Both the position numbers and the translations under genes were made by a program. Shown here one piece after another: positions 51,001 through 64,000 of a DNA stretch of 64,000 bases. Position 1 is the stretch's first letter. Each line of letters begins with the position of its first letter. The stretch is from Tubiluchus corallicola (lineage: Eukaryota > Animalia > Priapulida): contig JAQGDQ010000032.1 in NCBI GenBank assembly GCA_030141605.1, positions 993,521-1,057,520 on the forward strand. Direction: 5' to 3'. The notes under the pieces are model-generated. The model made no database searches, was not told the origin of the DNA, and saw only the letters and a list, made by a program, of their open reading frames with translations.

Positions 51001-54000
51001 GAATTTAAATAAGTATTACTGTAGGGGCGAAATGACATTTATTTTCGACCCATCTCTCTACATTGTAGAGGTCTCATCCATACGAAGCCATTGCATAGTG
51101 GCATTGAATATGCCAGGTATAAAACTATCGCTATGGAATGGCCTTGTCGGTTCAGTGGACTGATTTCGCCTCAACACCTGTTCCATAATGACAACTAGCA
51201 TAGAGTACAATGGACTAGCTATCTGGCGAGTTAGTTAATTATATAATTTCACTTTTACTACTCCTTTTTTACGGTTTCTTCACAACTATGCTACGACGGA
51301 GAGAATTAGCACCATCTGCTCCACATTACATTATATTTACAGCAAACTTTGCAAATTAACAGAGACATAAAATTTGCTATGCATAAGATAATTTTATTAA
51401 TATATTATCTTAAAAATAATTATGCTATCAATAAGATCTAAAATAAAATGCTGCGTTAATGAGATGTAATAAGATTCTTATTTACAAAAAGTCAAAAAGG
51501 TCTATATTCAATAACAAACTCTAACAGCAGACAACCACAATTGCAAGTAATAAAACAGTGAAAAGCTGTTCATAAAGGTAATGTTGGATTCTCCTTATGC
51601 AAATTTTGCACAAACGCAGGAATTTTGCAGAGACTGGGATGGTTTTAAATTCATTGATTAAGTTCAATGATAACCCGTTGATACATACAAACTTGAACCA
51701 AAATTAAAAGATAATAAGGGAAGGTGTTGTATATAAACAGCATTTCACTTCGTGACATCATGAATGGTTATATAGGGAAATGTGTGTTAGCCCTTTTTGT
51801 TTTGATAGTAGTTATAATAACGACTCCATTTAAGCGAAACATCATATAAGATTTTTTTATCTTCTTTGCAACTGATGAAATGATTTCAACAGAATGTTCT
51901 CGAAAAGTACTAATAGAAAATTAACAACATAATATGTACAATGTGCAATAGTACAATAATGTACAACACAATATGCACATATTACCTTAATGTTCTACCA
52001 AAACTTTATATTCTATAGCGACCATTACAAAGAGACAATGGAGCTATTTACTTTACGGCTTGACCTCAAGTTTTCCAGAAACTGCTTGAATCAATAGTTT
52101 TTACTGCCTAAGAGGGACAGTTAGAATTCACAGGGCTATAAATCTCGCTGAGGCATTAGTGGAAAATGCTTTATAGAAAATTAGAATTCGCCTGGTATAA
52201 ACGAACACAATTCCCAACTGCCTCATGAAACAAGCATCTTACAGCGACAAATTATTAAAGAAAAATAAGAACACAGATAATATAAATACTGACATGAGAG
52301 GCCTGAAAAGTTATATTCTGAAAGAAAGACACCTAGTTTCTGTTATTTAAAAAATGCAGTGAAAATGAATAACAGTCTGATGCCAATATTTGGCCTATAT
52401 AAAAATATTATTTCAAATAACAGCAAAAGCCCTGAAATCATCTTTAATCATTCTTTCAATATCTACGTAAAACATTACCTTACACTTACATGTAATTAGT
52501 GGAAACTCAATTTATGGCGTCTAGAGATAAACATAGAAAAACGTAACAATAAACGTAACATAGATAAACGTAAACATGGTGACAATAGCCTAAAAATAAC
52601 TACAACAGCTTGACCTTACATTAGAACAATAAATTTAAATACAACATCAAATGAAACTATTGGTTGCAGTACATTCCTTGGTTCTCTGACATTCAATAAA
52701 GTAGTTGCCACCTTTAAAATTTAAAACTTGATTTAATTCTACTTAGTTATCTTGCTTACAATTTCCAAAAGTTACAATTTCCAAAAGCATCAATGGTTCA
52801 TTTAAAATAAAAAATTCCACTAAAATTTCAATAACTATTGTCATTCTACATGATGGAATTATAAAGTAAAATACACTTTTTAGAAGCATATGTACCGGTT
52901 CTTTTAATCTAAAAAAGCCTCTTAATCACAAAAATGGTATTAAAACATTCACAAACATTTCACCAAGAGAGTTTTCTAATTAATGACAGACAAGCAGATA
53001 AAAAACTGATTCACTGGGTGCCTATACAAACCTTTGCTGTCTTTCTTTGACACTTCCAACACACTGTAGCTGTACTGCAATCATAAGGGCCTCCACTAAA
53101 ATTAATAAAATATCAATCTTTAGTTTCTCAAATACAGCTATAAATTTTAAGTGAGCATTTTAAAACTAAGACACTGGACCCCTGGCAAAATGATTTAATG
53201 GAAATGCTATTATATCTGAAACAGTTAGTGCAGGAGCTGTAAGTAATGAAATGTGGAAGGTAGTCTTTTTCTTGAATGCACAGTAGCTTGTTTGGGACAA
53301 AAACTGTAGAAATACCTTTGACGATAGAGAATTTTACATAATATACTGTGTTCTGCATACACACACGCACACATGCATGCACGCACACGTATAGTTATAG
53401 TTATATATGTATATAGTTATACGCAACATACTGACACATATCAAACAGCAATTTCTTTAGGAACTTTATTTAAACTATTAACCTACAAGAAGCTCATTAA
53501 GTATGAATGCATGGGTAATGTCACACTTTGCAGTTTCTATGCACCAACAGTATTAGCTTTAGATATCAGCTAGCACCAAACCATTTCAAATGGCCCAGCA
53601 AATCCTAGCAAAATGCCTATACTAAAACTAGTGTGTCCATTAGTTAATGAGTGGTCATTTCGAGTACTTAACAAACTAATTAACAGGAAGTTCAACAAAA
53701 CAGCTTTTATGCCAGTTTAAAGTGCGTGAGGACCACAGATCAAACAGCAAGTACCAAAATTTTGCGGACCCATGAGCACTTAGTTAACAGCAATAGAAGG
53801 TTCATGCCAGAATGTTATGTAGGTAATTGACCTCTATTCACATAATAGATACAGCCAAAACAGAAAACTTTAAGTCATCATTTAATGCTCAAGTAAGCAG
53901 CTCTGTGTCATGAACTCTTTCAAATTCTTGTCTGAGGTTATGGAAGTTATAGCACTATAATACAATATTTAACATGTGTTGTATATTTAACATATTGAAA

Positions 54001-54650
54001 CATATACCATCTGGATTATATCACAGACAGATAAACACCTATACTAACTTACATTTTTGTGCAAGTTAGTAACAAAAAATATTTTACATCCAAAACACAT
54101 ACAGACGGTGACATAAATTGTTAACACAAATAATACAAATTATTTGCAACAGTATGATCAACACAGGGTAGTAATGGTACTTTAATATTTTAGATTTTTA
54201 TTAAACCGTAAAATTTTAAATTACTAAAATCATCGGTGAATGCTGGCTTTACCTGTAATTCACACTCTTTATGTCTAAAGCAAATCCTAGTTGTATTATA
54301 CAGCATTAATTTTCTATGTTTAGAGTTACTTCCTATAGCTATAATTTATAAAAAATAATGAAGTCGGAATAAAATTAAAAATTTGCTATTTTCATCTTCC
54401 ATCTGATATAACAGTAACACATACCAGGCATTCACTACAGACGACATGGGCCAGCTACGTCATTTAACGTGGTTAGTTGAATTTTATTACTTTCAATGTT
54501 CTTCATTCGTTCAATAATGCACATTCAATATAATTTGATCAATTAATTATCTTACAGTTTGTCATTTTCTGGTGGAATAACAATCCCTCCAGGCTTCAGT
54601 CCCAAGCCGTCACCAAGGTCCCCACTTTGCATATCATCTTCTCTTTTCAT
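42091..54650 (-). CDS. CCDC125: Coiled-coil domain-containing protein 125 (kenae)-like, ~475 aa, ~12 coding exons
   Basis: Exons 54650-54556, 53095-53032, 50598-50403, 49948-49821, 47863-47777, 47091-47029 (least certain), 46143-45975, 45570-45455, 45064-44963, 43799-43625, 43102-42984 and 42204-42091 total 1428 nt in phase. Diagnostic motifs EDDMQSGDLGDGLGLKPGGI (human EDDMTEGDLGYGLGRKPGGI), QLEGKLRAIKILQ, SWEEKFDRICCENAAL, LAMLDACHC..PCMCAR, ADVYKAAFEEQL. Confidence 0.88.
44384..44557. repeat. Minisatellite, 26-27 bp unit, about 6.5 copies
   Basis: Consensus agatgactgtt(t)atgacatctgatgtg repeated with no unique spacers. Confidence 0.92.
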
Positions 54651-56149
54651 TTTGTGACGGCTATAGTGTTCTAAAACAGACAGCAAAAAATCACAAAACT
54701 GTAGTCCCTGAAGCTTTTACCTCAATTAAGCATGTTTAAAGTGAATGAAACTCCTGGTGTCAAATGTTTAATAAGTGTTTCTTCCCGATAATAGCGATAA
54801 AACATCATTGATTTCAGGACAATCCAAGTGTCTATTACGGAGATTTTATAAAGTGCCCTTCCTTTACAGAGGACAGACCTTCTTAAAAGAGCAAGGTGCA
54901 CAAATTTCAAAGTATACAGGCCTTGCAGTTCAGGACTTAATTTCACAGGACTAGCTCTAAAATTTACAAGAAAAGTCTATGGCTCAAAAAGAACGAAAGA
55001 CAAAATTGCTTTGATAGCCAAAAAACAGGGGTAACACTGAATGTTTAATGTTACCTTTCTTTTGCACTAATTTAATTTAGAAAAAATGTGCATTACTTAT
55101 TGGCATCAAGAGTCGAGAACGTTTAAAGCAGAGCAGTAAGCTACAACAGCCTAATCTAGGTATAGTGTATGTTTACATACATCTTTGGATAAAAGCAGAG
55201 ATTTTGCATATGCACTTTATTTGCAGATATGCTATTCTCTGAAGGAAATTAGAGAATATCTTCACCATCAGATTTTAATGCACAAGAAATCAAGAATTAA
55301 AACCTTATCTCCCACAACTAGCAAAAGACAAGTTCAAAACATTTAGATGAACACCAAAAGTGAAAAAATGAATCAAAAGCTAAAGATCATGTTTGGAACA
55401 ATGTGTAGATAGTAAAACACCTCTGCAAAGAAATGGAAAACATTCAAAAAAAATTAACTCCAACTGGTTGCAGGTCTTTCAAACATATTCCAATTCACCT
55501 GTACTGCACTGTGCTGTTAAATAACTACATTTTTACTGTATAGAATGGTGCATTACATATACAACCAGATTAGAAAAATTTATAAAATGTCTTAAGAAAA
55601 AGCAGAGTCCTAATGACTACCTAATGCTTCCTTTTAAAGCATTAAGCCATTAGGTCTTGTAAATATTTAAATAACCTTCACACACTTTCACACAGAGCTC
55701 TTTTTAACAATTTTTACTAAATTTTACCAGCCTGTTGTATTTTTAGCAGTTTTATTTGAAATTCTGATTCTTACAACACAAGACAAAGCACTAATTATCA
55801 TTTCATCCAATGTAGCACCTGTAGGTGACATGCATTTCAGGAAATATTTAATTAAATACTACTGCATCTTCATACAAGACAAAATTTCACCTAATATTAT
55901 ATCATCAAAATTTGCACAGTTTTTAAATCAAACAATAAAAAGTTTAGTTTATATCTTTATACTGAAGAAATATTGCCAATACCCACATTTGATGACACAC
56001 AAATAACATTTCCAATGAACAAGCATACGTTTTTAATTTTAGGATGTCCAGAGATATTTGTGGGTGGCCTATTATAACCTCTGCTTCTTGGGTCTCCTGT
56101 CATTTTTTCAAAGTTGTATTAAACTTGACCAAATTATTTAAAAAAGAAT

Positions 56150-56650
56150 TTTAGGTATCTGGAAGCACCCATGTTGCTGAAGCTGTGCCCATCATTATAC
56201 AGATGTAATATAACTTTCGACAAGGCAAGATCAAATTAGAACTATACACAGAACTCGATATGGAGCTACTAGGTTAGTCCCAAGCAGACAAGGGAAAGAA
56301 TATCCACAATGGTTCAAGGAGTTAGAACTGGTCACCTTGAAATACAAGGAAAACAGGCATGACTGACATGATGCAGGTTACATTGAACACTGCATTGCAT
56401 GGGATAGATAGACTTCATTTGGACAGGCATATAAGCACATAGGACACACAAAGAACCAGAGGACACATATTTAAGCTGTTTAAGACAAGGCTGCATGGAA
56501 GATGGAGCAAAAGGAAAGATGTATTTGCCTATAGAGCTGTTAACACCTGGAATAAACAGCCTTCACGTGTAGTCGGGTCCACCAGTCTAGCTCAATTCAA
56601 GGCTCGTTTGGACAAACACTGACAAAATCATCCAGAAAAATATATTGATC
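56150..56650 (+). mobile_element. CR1 LINE 3' end fragment
   Basis: Remnants ATRLVP, KELELVTLKY, TRGHIFKLFK, FAYRAVNTWN.QP..VV.STSLAQFKARLDKH. Confidence 0.85.
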
Positions 56651-57289
56651 CTAAGTTGACAGTTTAGCTAGGATATATGAAGTACTCCACTGGTGGTTAC
56701 TTCATAAATTTTTAGTTATTTACAATGCATTAGAAAAAGTAGCTCGGATCAATAGCAAAACGTGCTAAATCCCAATGGAATGATTATGGATTATTAAATT
56801 TACAAAAAACATAACAAGAATAACGTAATTATCACAATAAGAGAGCTGATACAATTAACTTTTGAACACAAAAGGTATTAAAACAGTATTATAGATACTG
56901 CACTCTTCTGTTAAATTTCTGCACAGTGGTATGCCTGTGGGCGGGCCAAAATAAGAGAATCTTGGTTTGAACAGTATTTTATTAACAAATCTAATAAGCA
57001 ACATAGATCCATTTGAAGAGAAGACAAAATAGAATGTTAATGGGACTGGGTAACAGGTTCAGAAGAACCTATATTAAATCCTCTCCACAAAAGATTTCAC
57101 CGTTCAATACAGTTTAACATACATATGATACTTAAGTTTGTTTCGTGTTGATTATCAATAAAAGAGGCGAAAAACATTGAATATGAATGTCACGGAGGAG
57201 TGATGAAAGTAATTTGAGATGATAAAAATTAGTGAGGTGTATGGAGTACTTAATAAGTTATAAAATGCCATTAAGGATGAGCAAGATCG

Positions 57290-57620
57290 TGTGAATCGTT
57301 TACTATGAATAATGAATTGCACAGCGGACAAAATTATCATTATTTAGTGCTACTACGTAAGACTAATTACCAAACAGCAATATATTATCATCATTATGAA
57401 TGTCAGCTGAAAATGGATTGATAATTTCAATACGTGAATTCTGAAACAGATGACACTTGAAAACGTAATGATGAGGATCTTTCAAAGAAGCTCCACACTG
57501 GCAATGTGGAGAAGCAACTAAGTGATAAGCATACACGTGAGTTTCAAGTAGGCTACAACCCAGCCTCATCCTAGCAGAGATGAATTTGACCAATCCTGGT
57601 CTCTATGTAGTAAACTGAAA
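57290..57620 (-). mobile_element. LINE (CR1-group) C-terminal zinc-knuckle fragment
   Basis: ARMRLGCSLL..H....HLVASPHCQCGASLKDPHHYVFKCHLFQNSR...ILLFGN. Confidence 0.8.
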
Positions 57621-58499
57621 GAGGTTTACTTGTTCTGAATTCTTCTAAGTTGTTCATCATGTTCTTAAACAGTCTTATAGGGCTGAGATGGTTAAGTGTT
57701 TAAGCGTTTAGCTGACACCTGACTCAGTAACCATTTAGATAATCACCAACCATTTAACCATTACTTAGCAAAGATTTCTACGCATCCATGTTAATGAAAC
57801 CTTGTATCATTTCTGAGTTGGTGTACGCAGTTAGCAATGTCCCGTCTACATTTACAACATTGCTTCAATTGAACAGGTTGCCTAAAAAATGTCTAAACGG
57901 TAAATTGCAAAAAGTTTTCCATCTCGTGTATGTTACGAAAATGCCGCCATGTTGGACATTCTCACTGTCGCGTGTTAGATTTGAATCACACCATGTCATG
58001 TGTATTCGATATTTTCTAATATGTATGCCTTCATTGGGATTGGCTAACCGTTCGCAATTAATAATGGTTGAATGGTTAGTTAAAAAACCTAACTGTCTCA
58101 CCTCTACTGTCTTAGCGAGTACGCACTTTTCAAGTTGTATGGAAGGTCATTCCATATGTTAACAGACAAAAACATAAACGAGTTATGGAACAACGTTGTT
58201 TCTGCATAGTCTAGAAAAACGATGCGAGTTACGAAAAGCATAATTAGAAGTGAACTGCCCAATTTTTAGAAGGAAGCATATATATAAGTCGTAAAATAGT
58301 CATTAGTGCTAATGTTGTCTATTAAATGACAGACGGGAAATAAATCTTGTCTTTGTCAGTTTGTCTTTTCCTGGTTAAATAGTGAGGGTCAAACACAAAA
58401 AAGAGAATATTGTATTGGCGCTGTCCAGATAAATGGCAAATTGGGAAAAAAGAACACACTGAATATAACGAAAGCTATAACAACAAATATGGTCAGTTT

Positions 58500-59050
58500 C
58501 ACGTGATCATGTATACTCCCTTGCCTGCATGATTAGGCCTAATAATGTACACCGGTAAAAAAGCAACGTGATTGTGAGATAAAGTGAATTGCAAACTATC
58601 ACCACACTAAACGTAATGCAAGCCGTAAACGTACTTGCGTCGCCATCTACTTACAAGAACATTAGTGACGTACCAAAACTAAGCTAATCAGTAGTACTAG
58701 AGCACTCTAAATGGTAGCACCTAATAACTAACGGTATGGCACTTCAGTCTAGAATGCACCGCAAACTAAAAGTAAAACAGTATATTAAGTATGCAATTTA
58801 AAAACACACTTACCACTACTGCGCACAACGCACTACGAAATTACAGTTACGACATCGTAGTAACCTTAACCTAGCGGCACAGCGATAGAAACAGGGTGCA
58901 CATTTTACACTATAAAATGAATTACGTGAGCAACAGACTACGATCAGAGAACAGACGTGCGAGAATTCGCCGAGAAATGCTGTATAAGCAAATTGGCAAT
59001 CTTGACCAGCTAATGATTTCAGGCGTGTGCAGGAGCTAGTTGTTTTAGGC
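58500..59050 (-). promoter_or_regulatory. Candidate promoter and non-coding first exon of CCDC125
   Basis: CpG-enriched patch with a consensus donor gtagtg|gtaagt at 58814/58813. The ATG exon has an acceptor at 54671-54672, so an upstream exon is required. Confidence 0.5.
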
Positions 59051-59879
59051 AGACTGGCTGGTCATGCACTCCAAGAACCTGCATGTAGTACAGTGTTAGC
59101 GGAAGCGTAACAAATATGCGTTTTCTGTCTGTCTATAGTAAGTTTATAACAACATGACTCAGAACATTTTCCAGTCTCAGGGCACCGTACTCCCCCACCA
59201 CAGAGCATGTAAAGAAAACAATCTCCCATGGATGAGTCCTTGCTAACGCTAACTGTTAAAACAAATTCTTTCTGCTCCCCCCCCCGCACTCTGTCTCCAA
59301 GGCATATTGCCTGGCAAAGAAGGCAAAGGTGGCACCACTTTATAGCAGTGATCATTGGCTTTTGGTTATGCACATTCCAGCATAATGTTTCGAATGTGGC
59401 AATTGATCGGCATTAAACCAGTGGAAATGATCAATTGATCATGGCATGCAGTTAACTTTCATGCACTTAAAAGTCTAGGTAGGTGCTGGAGGTTGCTGCA
59501 GAAAGGGGTTCATCTAAATCTATGATGGATCAACAGTGTTGACAAGGACTACGATGTTGATGTCCACCACCAGCACTACAACAAAAATGATAACATTAAT
59601 AACAACCATGCAGGAACAATGATGACAATAACAACAGCAAAAAAACTGATGACAACATCAACAACAACAACAGTGTTATAGTGCTCAATTTTCTTATTGT
59701 TACTGTTATTTGTTAGTAATTTAATCATTATTATTGATTAGGATTTTATATCAGCATTTTTATTTATGAGAAACAACACTTGCACAGATCTCAAAACTGG
59801 AAGTAGGTAAATAAAAACCACAACGCAACGCAAGGAGAAATAAATACATAAATGTAAAAAAAAACATATACTTGCTATG

Positions 59880-60620
59880 GGAGAATCGCAACATGGATTT
59901 GTACAAGGATGTTCATGCTTAATCAACCTACCAACTTTATGAATGATGTTAAAATAGTTATTGATGAAGGCAAGTCATTATATTTGTGGTTATAATACTT
60001 ACACTTTGTTAAAGCCTTTGAAAGTCACACATCAAAGGTTTTTAAAAAGTATACTATTATGGTAGGCAACTGGCAAATTGATAGGTTGGTGACTGACCGG
60101 ACAAAAACAAGGATTTGGGTACTTTGGGAAAGTGTGTTACATGACTAGAGTAGAGTTGCATTTGTTAGAAAAGAGAAAGATTTGTGCATCAGCATCAAGA
60201 AAATCAGCCACTAATGGCTTGAAATCTGCCGGCCATGACATACATCTAGATTAGAAAAAGTTTGAATATTACAGAAAAAAAGAATTACAGAAATATTACA
60301 GACTGCATGATGCCCCTTTTCAAAGCCCTAAAGCAATTATGCCTTGTGGATATAAATAACTTTCAGACAATCTTATGTATAAATATCATAATAATCTTCA
60401 CCAGAATGTTCTGACTACTTCATTCGAAACTCTGATCTTCACTCTTACAACACTAGACAAAATAAAAATTATTATTTCATTTAAAGTAGCACAGATATAA
60501 ATTCTCGATTAAATATCATTGCCTCCTCATATGGAATAATATTTCACGGGACGTTAAATTATTGAAATCTGTATCAATCTTTAATCAAAACATAGAAAGT
60601 TTATCTTAAACCTCTATATT
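59880..60620 (+). mobile_element. Decayed CR1/L2-group LINE fragments
   Basis: QHGFVQGCSCLINL, YLHFVKAFE, VRKEKDL and later DLHSYNTR..WNNI remnants. Confidence 0.6.
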
Positions 60621-61049
60621 ATACAACTAGATAACACTGAAATAAGAACTTTGGTCACAACATCGTAATGTTTTCTTGGAACAAGCAGTAGCTTTTAATC
60701 TTGAAATAGTAGTGTACAAAATTACTAACGACGAACAACTAAAAAATACTGTTTCATAAAATTATTATAAAAATACCTCTGGGTGGCCTGCCATGAGCCA
60801 CAGCTTCCTAGATCTTCCATCATTATTTTCTTTAATGACAGTGATCATTTTCACATAATTATTTTATTTCACCAATTAATATATTGTATTTCAAATTGTG
60901 TGCCAATCAATGTGATTATGATATGTGTTAAATCATTAAAATTGAATTTGAATTGCAAATACTTCCAAATAATGAATTCTAATCAAGCATTAGTGTTCAT
61001 GGAAATAAAAAAGGGTTGCAATGATTTTGCTTGATTAACCTCTACATTT

Positions 61050-62985
61050 ACCACTCATATTTAAGGTTGGCGGGTACGTTATAGAAGACGTCGAAGATAT
61101 TAAATTACAACAGGACAAATGTCCAGCTTTTGAAAAAACCTGTACATCTTGCAATCGCAGAAACCATTTTTCTATGGCATGTAAATCGAGATATAAGCCA
61201 AAACATGCAGCTCTAGACCATGACAAAGGTCGTGAACAATCCAGCTCATGGGTAAACAGGACACCATGTTTGAAACATCATGTTCAATTACATCCCATGT
61301 ACATGCAAAACATAGCCATCATGCAGTTCTCCTTAGTCATCACCTATATGACCATACATGTAATAGTTGGCTACACCAGCCATCGAAGCCTTAACCATTC
61401 ATTACACTGCACATGTCAATAAACCCAAATGACTACACAGCCCTTGGATTTCACTGTGGCAGACAACTAAATTCTTGCATACTTTCAGCAATAGCAGACA
61501 CTGGATACCAGAGTTGCCCGTGCAGCCTTAAAATCCTTATTCGTACAGGCATATCAGAGCAACATCTCATACCTGTCAACATGCGCATGCAAGCGTGGAG
61601 TCAACATCCTTGGCACTGCTATCCTAAGATTCACTGGTACATCTATGGCTGCCAAACAGCTGGAAACCAGGCAGACTGTATATGTCACTGATGCTTCAAA
61701 CAAATTATACACTAGCCATGAAGCTTGCACTTATAATGATCACAGAGAGCTTTCCAATTATTGGGGAGGTTTTACAAAACACAAGAGATATCATCATTGC
61801 ACAGTACTTCATCCGAAACACATGGTCTATCCAACCCCCAAAAAAGCAGTAGTGGTTTGACATCCAAGTGCCACTGCCCACAATGACAGTTGCAACCGTA
61901 CAGCACCCTCACAACCTGCAGCACCTCCTGCTTCCCCAGTTCTCCCAGTATACCCATTTCAGTGTGTCTGTGCTGACTTCTTTCATTACAAGGGTGTCTA
62001 GTACCTCATTGTTGTTGACCGTTATACCAACTGGCCCATTGTCGAACATTCCCCAATTTTGGCCACAGGCCTCAATGCCTGTCTCCACCGAGTTTTTGTC
62101 ACTTACGGCATTGCCGAAGAAGTGGCGTCAGATGGTGGCTCAGAATTTACTTCATTTTCCAGTATGCCAGTTTTTTCAGACAGGGGTGTCCATCATCGCC
62201 TGTCTTTGGTAGCCTTTCCCCACAGCAATTGTAGAGCAGAATTAGGTGTTAAGACCATTAAGCACATGATTAGGAATAAGGCCCCAAAGGCGACCTTAAT
62301 ACAGACTTGTTTCAACGAGCAAGCCTGCAGTATAGAAATTGACCAAACAGAGGTACCCAGCTATCACCTAGACCAGTGTCTGCTTCGCCACCCTATATAG
62401 GATTTCATCCCTATAATACCCGGTCACTACCAACCATATAATACTTGGCAGGAATCACCACTATCCCGAGAAAAAGCCTTGCGTAACAGGCACATGAAAC
62501 CATCGGAACAGTGAACTGAACACATAAACGCCTACCCCCACTAATTGTTGGTGACAAGGTACGTATACAAAATCAGACAGGAGATCATCCTACCAAATGG
62601 GACAAGACTGGTATAGTCACTGAAGTCTGTCAGTATGACCAATATGTCATCAAGGTGGATGGCTCGGGCAGAGTAACACTTTGGAATAGACGTTTTCTCC
62701 AGAAATATGAATCACTTTATCAACCACACCTCAGTATCTTCATTGATACTGACCTTGCTTACAACGGCAGATGCTCACCAGTTAAGAAACCTGTAATGAC
62801 AGCCACTCTGCTACCTAAAATAAATCAACTGCATCAGCTCCACCCAACCCCGTCATACTGCATTGTTCAACTTAACAGAGGACAACTCCTCAGTGGCACA
62901 AAGATTTTGATGTGTCTGGTAGTTTGGTCAATTATCAGTCTTCGATGTATGCTACCTCCGTCCAAAACATAGGGGGGATAGAGGA
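61050..62985 (+). mobile_element. Decayed, internally deleted Ty3/Gypsy LTR retrotransposon
   Basis: Gag knuckle CPAFEKTCTSCNRRNHFSMAC, protease AIADTGYQSC, integrase YPFQCVCADFF..VVDRYTNWP..GIAEEVASDGGSEF..PHSNCRAELGVKTIK, C-terminal VGDKVRIQNQTG..KWDKTG..YDQYVIKVDGSGRVTL.NRRFL, and a polypurine tract aggggggatagagg at 62971-62984. Confidence 0.9.
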
Positions 62986-64000
62986 TCTCGAAGATTGTAG
63001 CACGTGAAGAGTATTGCTGTTTGCCGGGAGGCAACTTTTAACACATTTACTGATAAGAACTTAATGCGGTGTCAACCAGATATTTGACTTTTAAGACAGT
63101 TAATTATTTGCTGTTTTACTTTTGTAATTAAAGGTACATTAATTTTCTTAAATTAGTATAATTCGAAACATTTAGATTTGCATTTACGCAATAGTAGTAT
63201 TTTGTTTTTGTCATTTCAGCCTGATCATTGCTGCAATATCCTAAATAAACCACTTTGATTCAGCAAAAACTTCCATAGTTAATTAGGTTATAGTGGGTAT
63301 GGACCGTTACTAGGGTATAAAATTATTGAGATAAAAACCAATGATGAAACCATCGATATACCAAAGTGTATAAAGAGGAAGTGACGAAAGCCGCCTAATG
63401 TTACGTATTTCCTTTTTGCGATTAGCGGCTATGCTGGCGGCATCAAACGGCCATTCAGTGAAAAATTTGGAGCGCTGCATTGACTGTAATAATAATATTA
63501 TTAAGTTCACCAGTAGTGTTGGCATACGTGCAATTTTGATAAGCCAAAATCACTTTTGCGTTTTTAATAAAAGAAGTATATCTCAATTAAAAGCAATTAT
63601 TAGTTTAAAAAAATTGAAAACATTTCATGAAAAGGAAAAAAATTGTAGCAATAAGTTTGTATTATGTACTTGCAAATGCCTGTTCAGTTTTCTTGTAAGT
63701 AAAATTTTATTGTTTTTCCTGAGGAAAGAGGCTAGCTGACTGCGTGATGGGCTGCCTGCTATGTAAAGAAGTAATGCATTTTTCATTGATTTATTGATTT
63801 TTCTCTCCCCCCTCTCTTAGAGAGAAAGAGGGGGAGAAAGAGAGAGAGAGTTAAAAGAAAGACGGAACTATGAACTATGAATTTTATTTCACACATCAAA
63901 ATACAATATTGTACACATAAATAAACAATAAATAAAATAATTTGAGTAGTGTGAGGTGAGTGTACGACCATACGGTCATTAACACACTCACCTTACTTAA

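Noticed and set aside
59062-59416. Cys-rich overlapping short ORFs
   Set aside because: No recognisable domain or splice-site framing, and they sit in a repeat-rich intergenic zone.
63398-63739. 113-aa ORF near the window end
   Set aside because: Low-complexity AT-driven composition with no known motif. It may be promoter or transposon DNA.

Overview
AT-rich eukaryotic (invertebrate animal) genomic DNA with GT-AG introns. No prokaryotic, CRISPR, rRNA or intact tRNA features were found. Six conserved protein-coding genes can be assembled by hand: NIPA2-like Mg2+ transporter (-, intronless CDS), SLC49A3/MFSD7-like MFS transporter (+, 10 coding exons), MRPS26 (-, 4 exons), CDK5RAP3/C53 (-, 2 coding exons), PWWP2A/B-like (+, 2 coding exons) and CCDC125 (-, about 12 coding exons). 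Introns and intergenic DNA carry decayed LINEs (RTE-, CR1- and L2/Crack-like), a PHD-finger ORF1 remnant, tRNA- and 5S-derived SINE remnants, several MITEs (hAT, Tc1/mariner-pogo, piggyBac-like, Harbinger-like) and an internally deleted Gypsy element. Most short ORFs in the track are spurious. I see no convincing wholly new biological system. The best leads are a strand-polarised cluster of YY1/Pho-like GCCATTTT motifs in the ~9.5 kb non-coding stretch downstream of PWWP2, a C53 lacking IDWG shuffled-AIM motifs, gene-specific intron loss, and a candidate alternative terminal exon of CCDC125. All homology calls rest on remembered protein motifs, not database searches.
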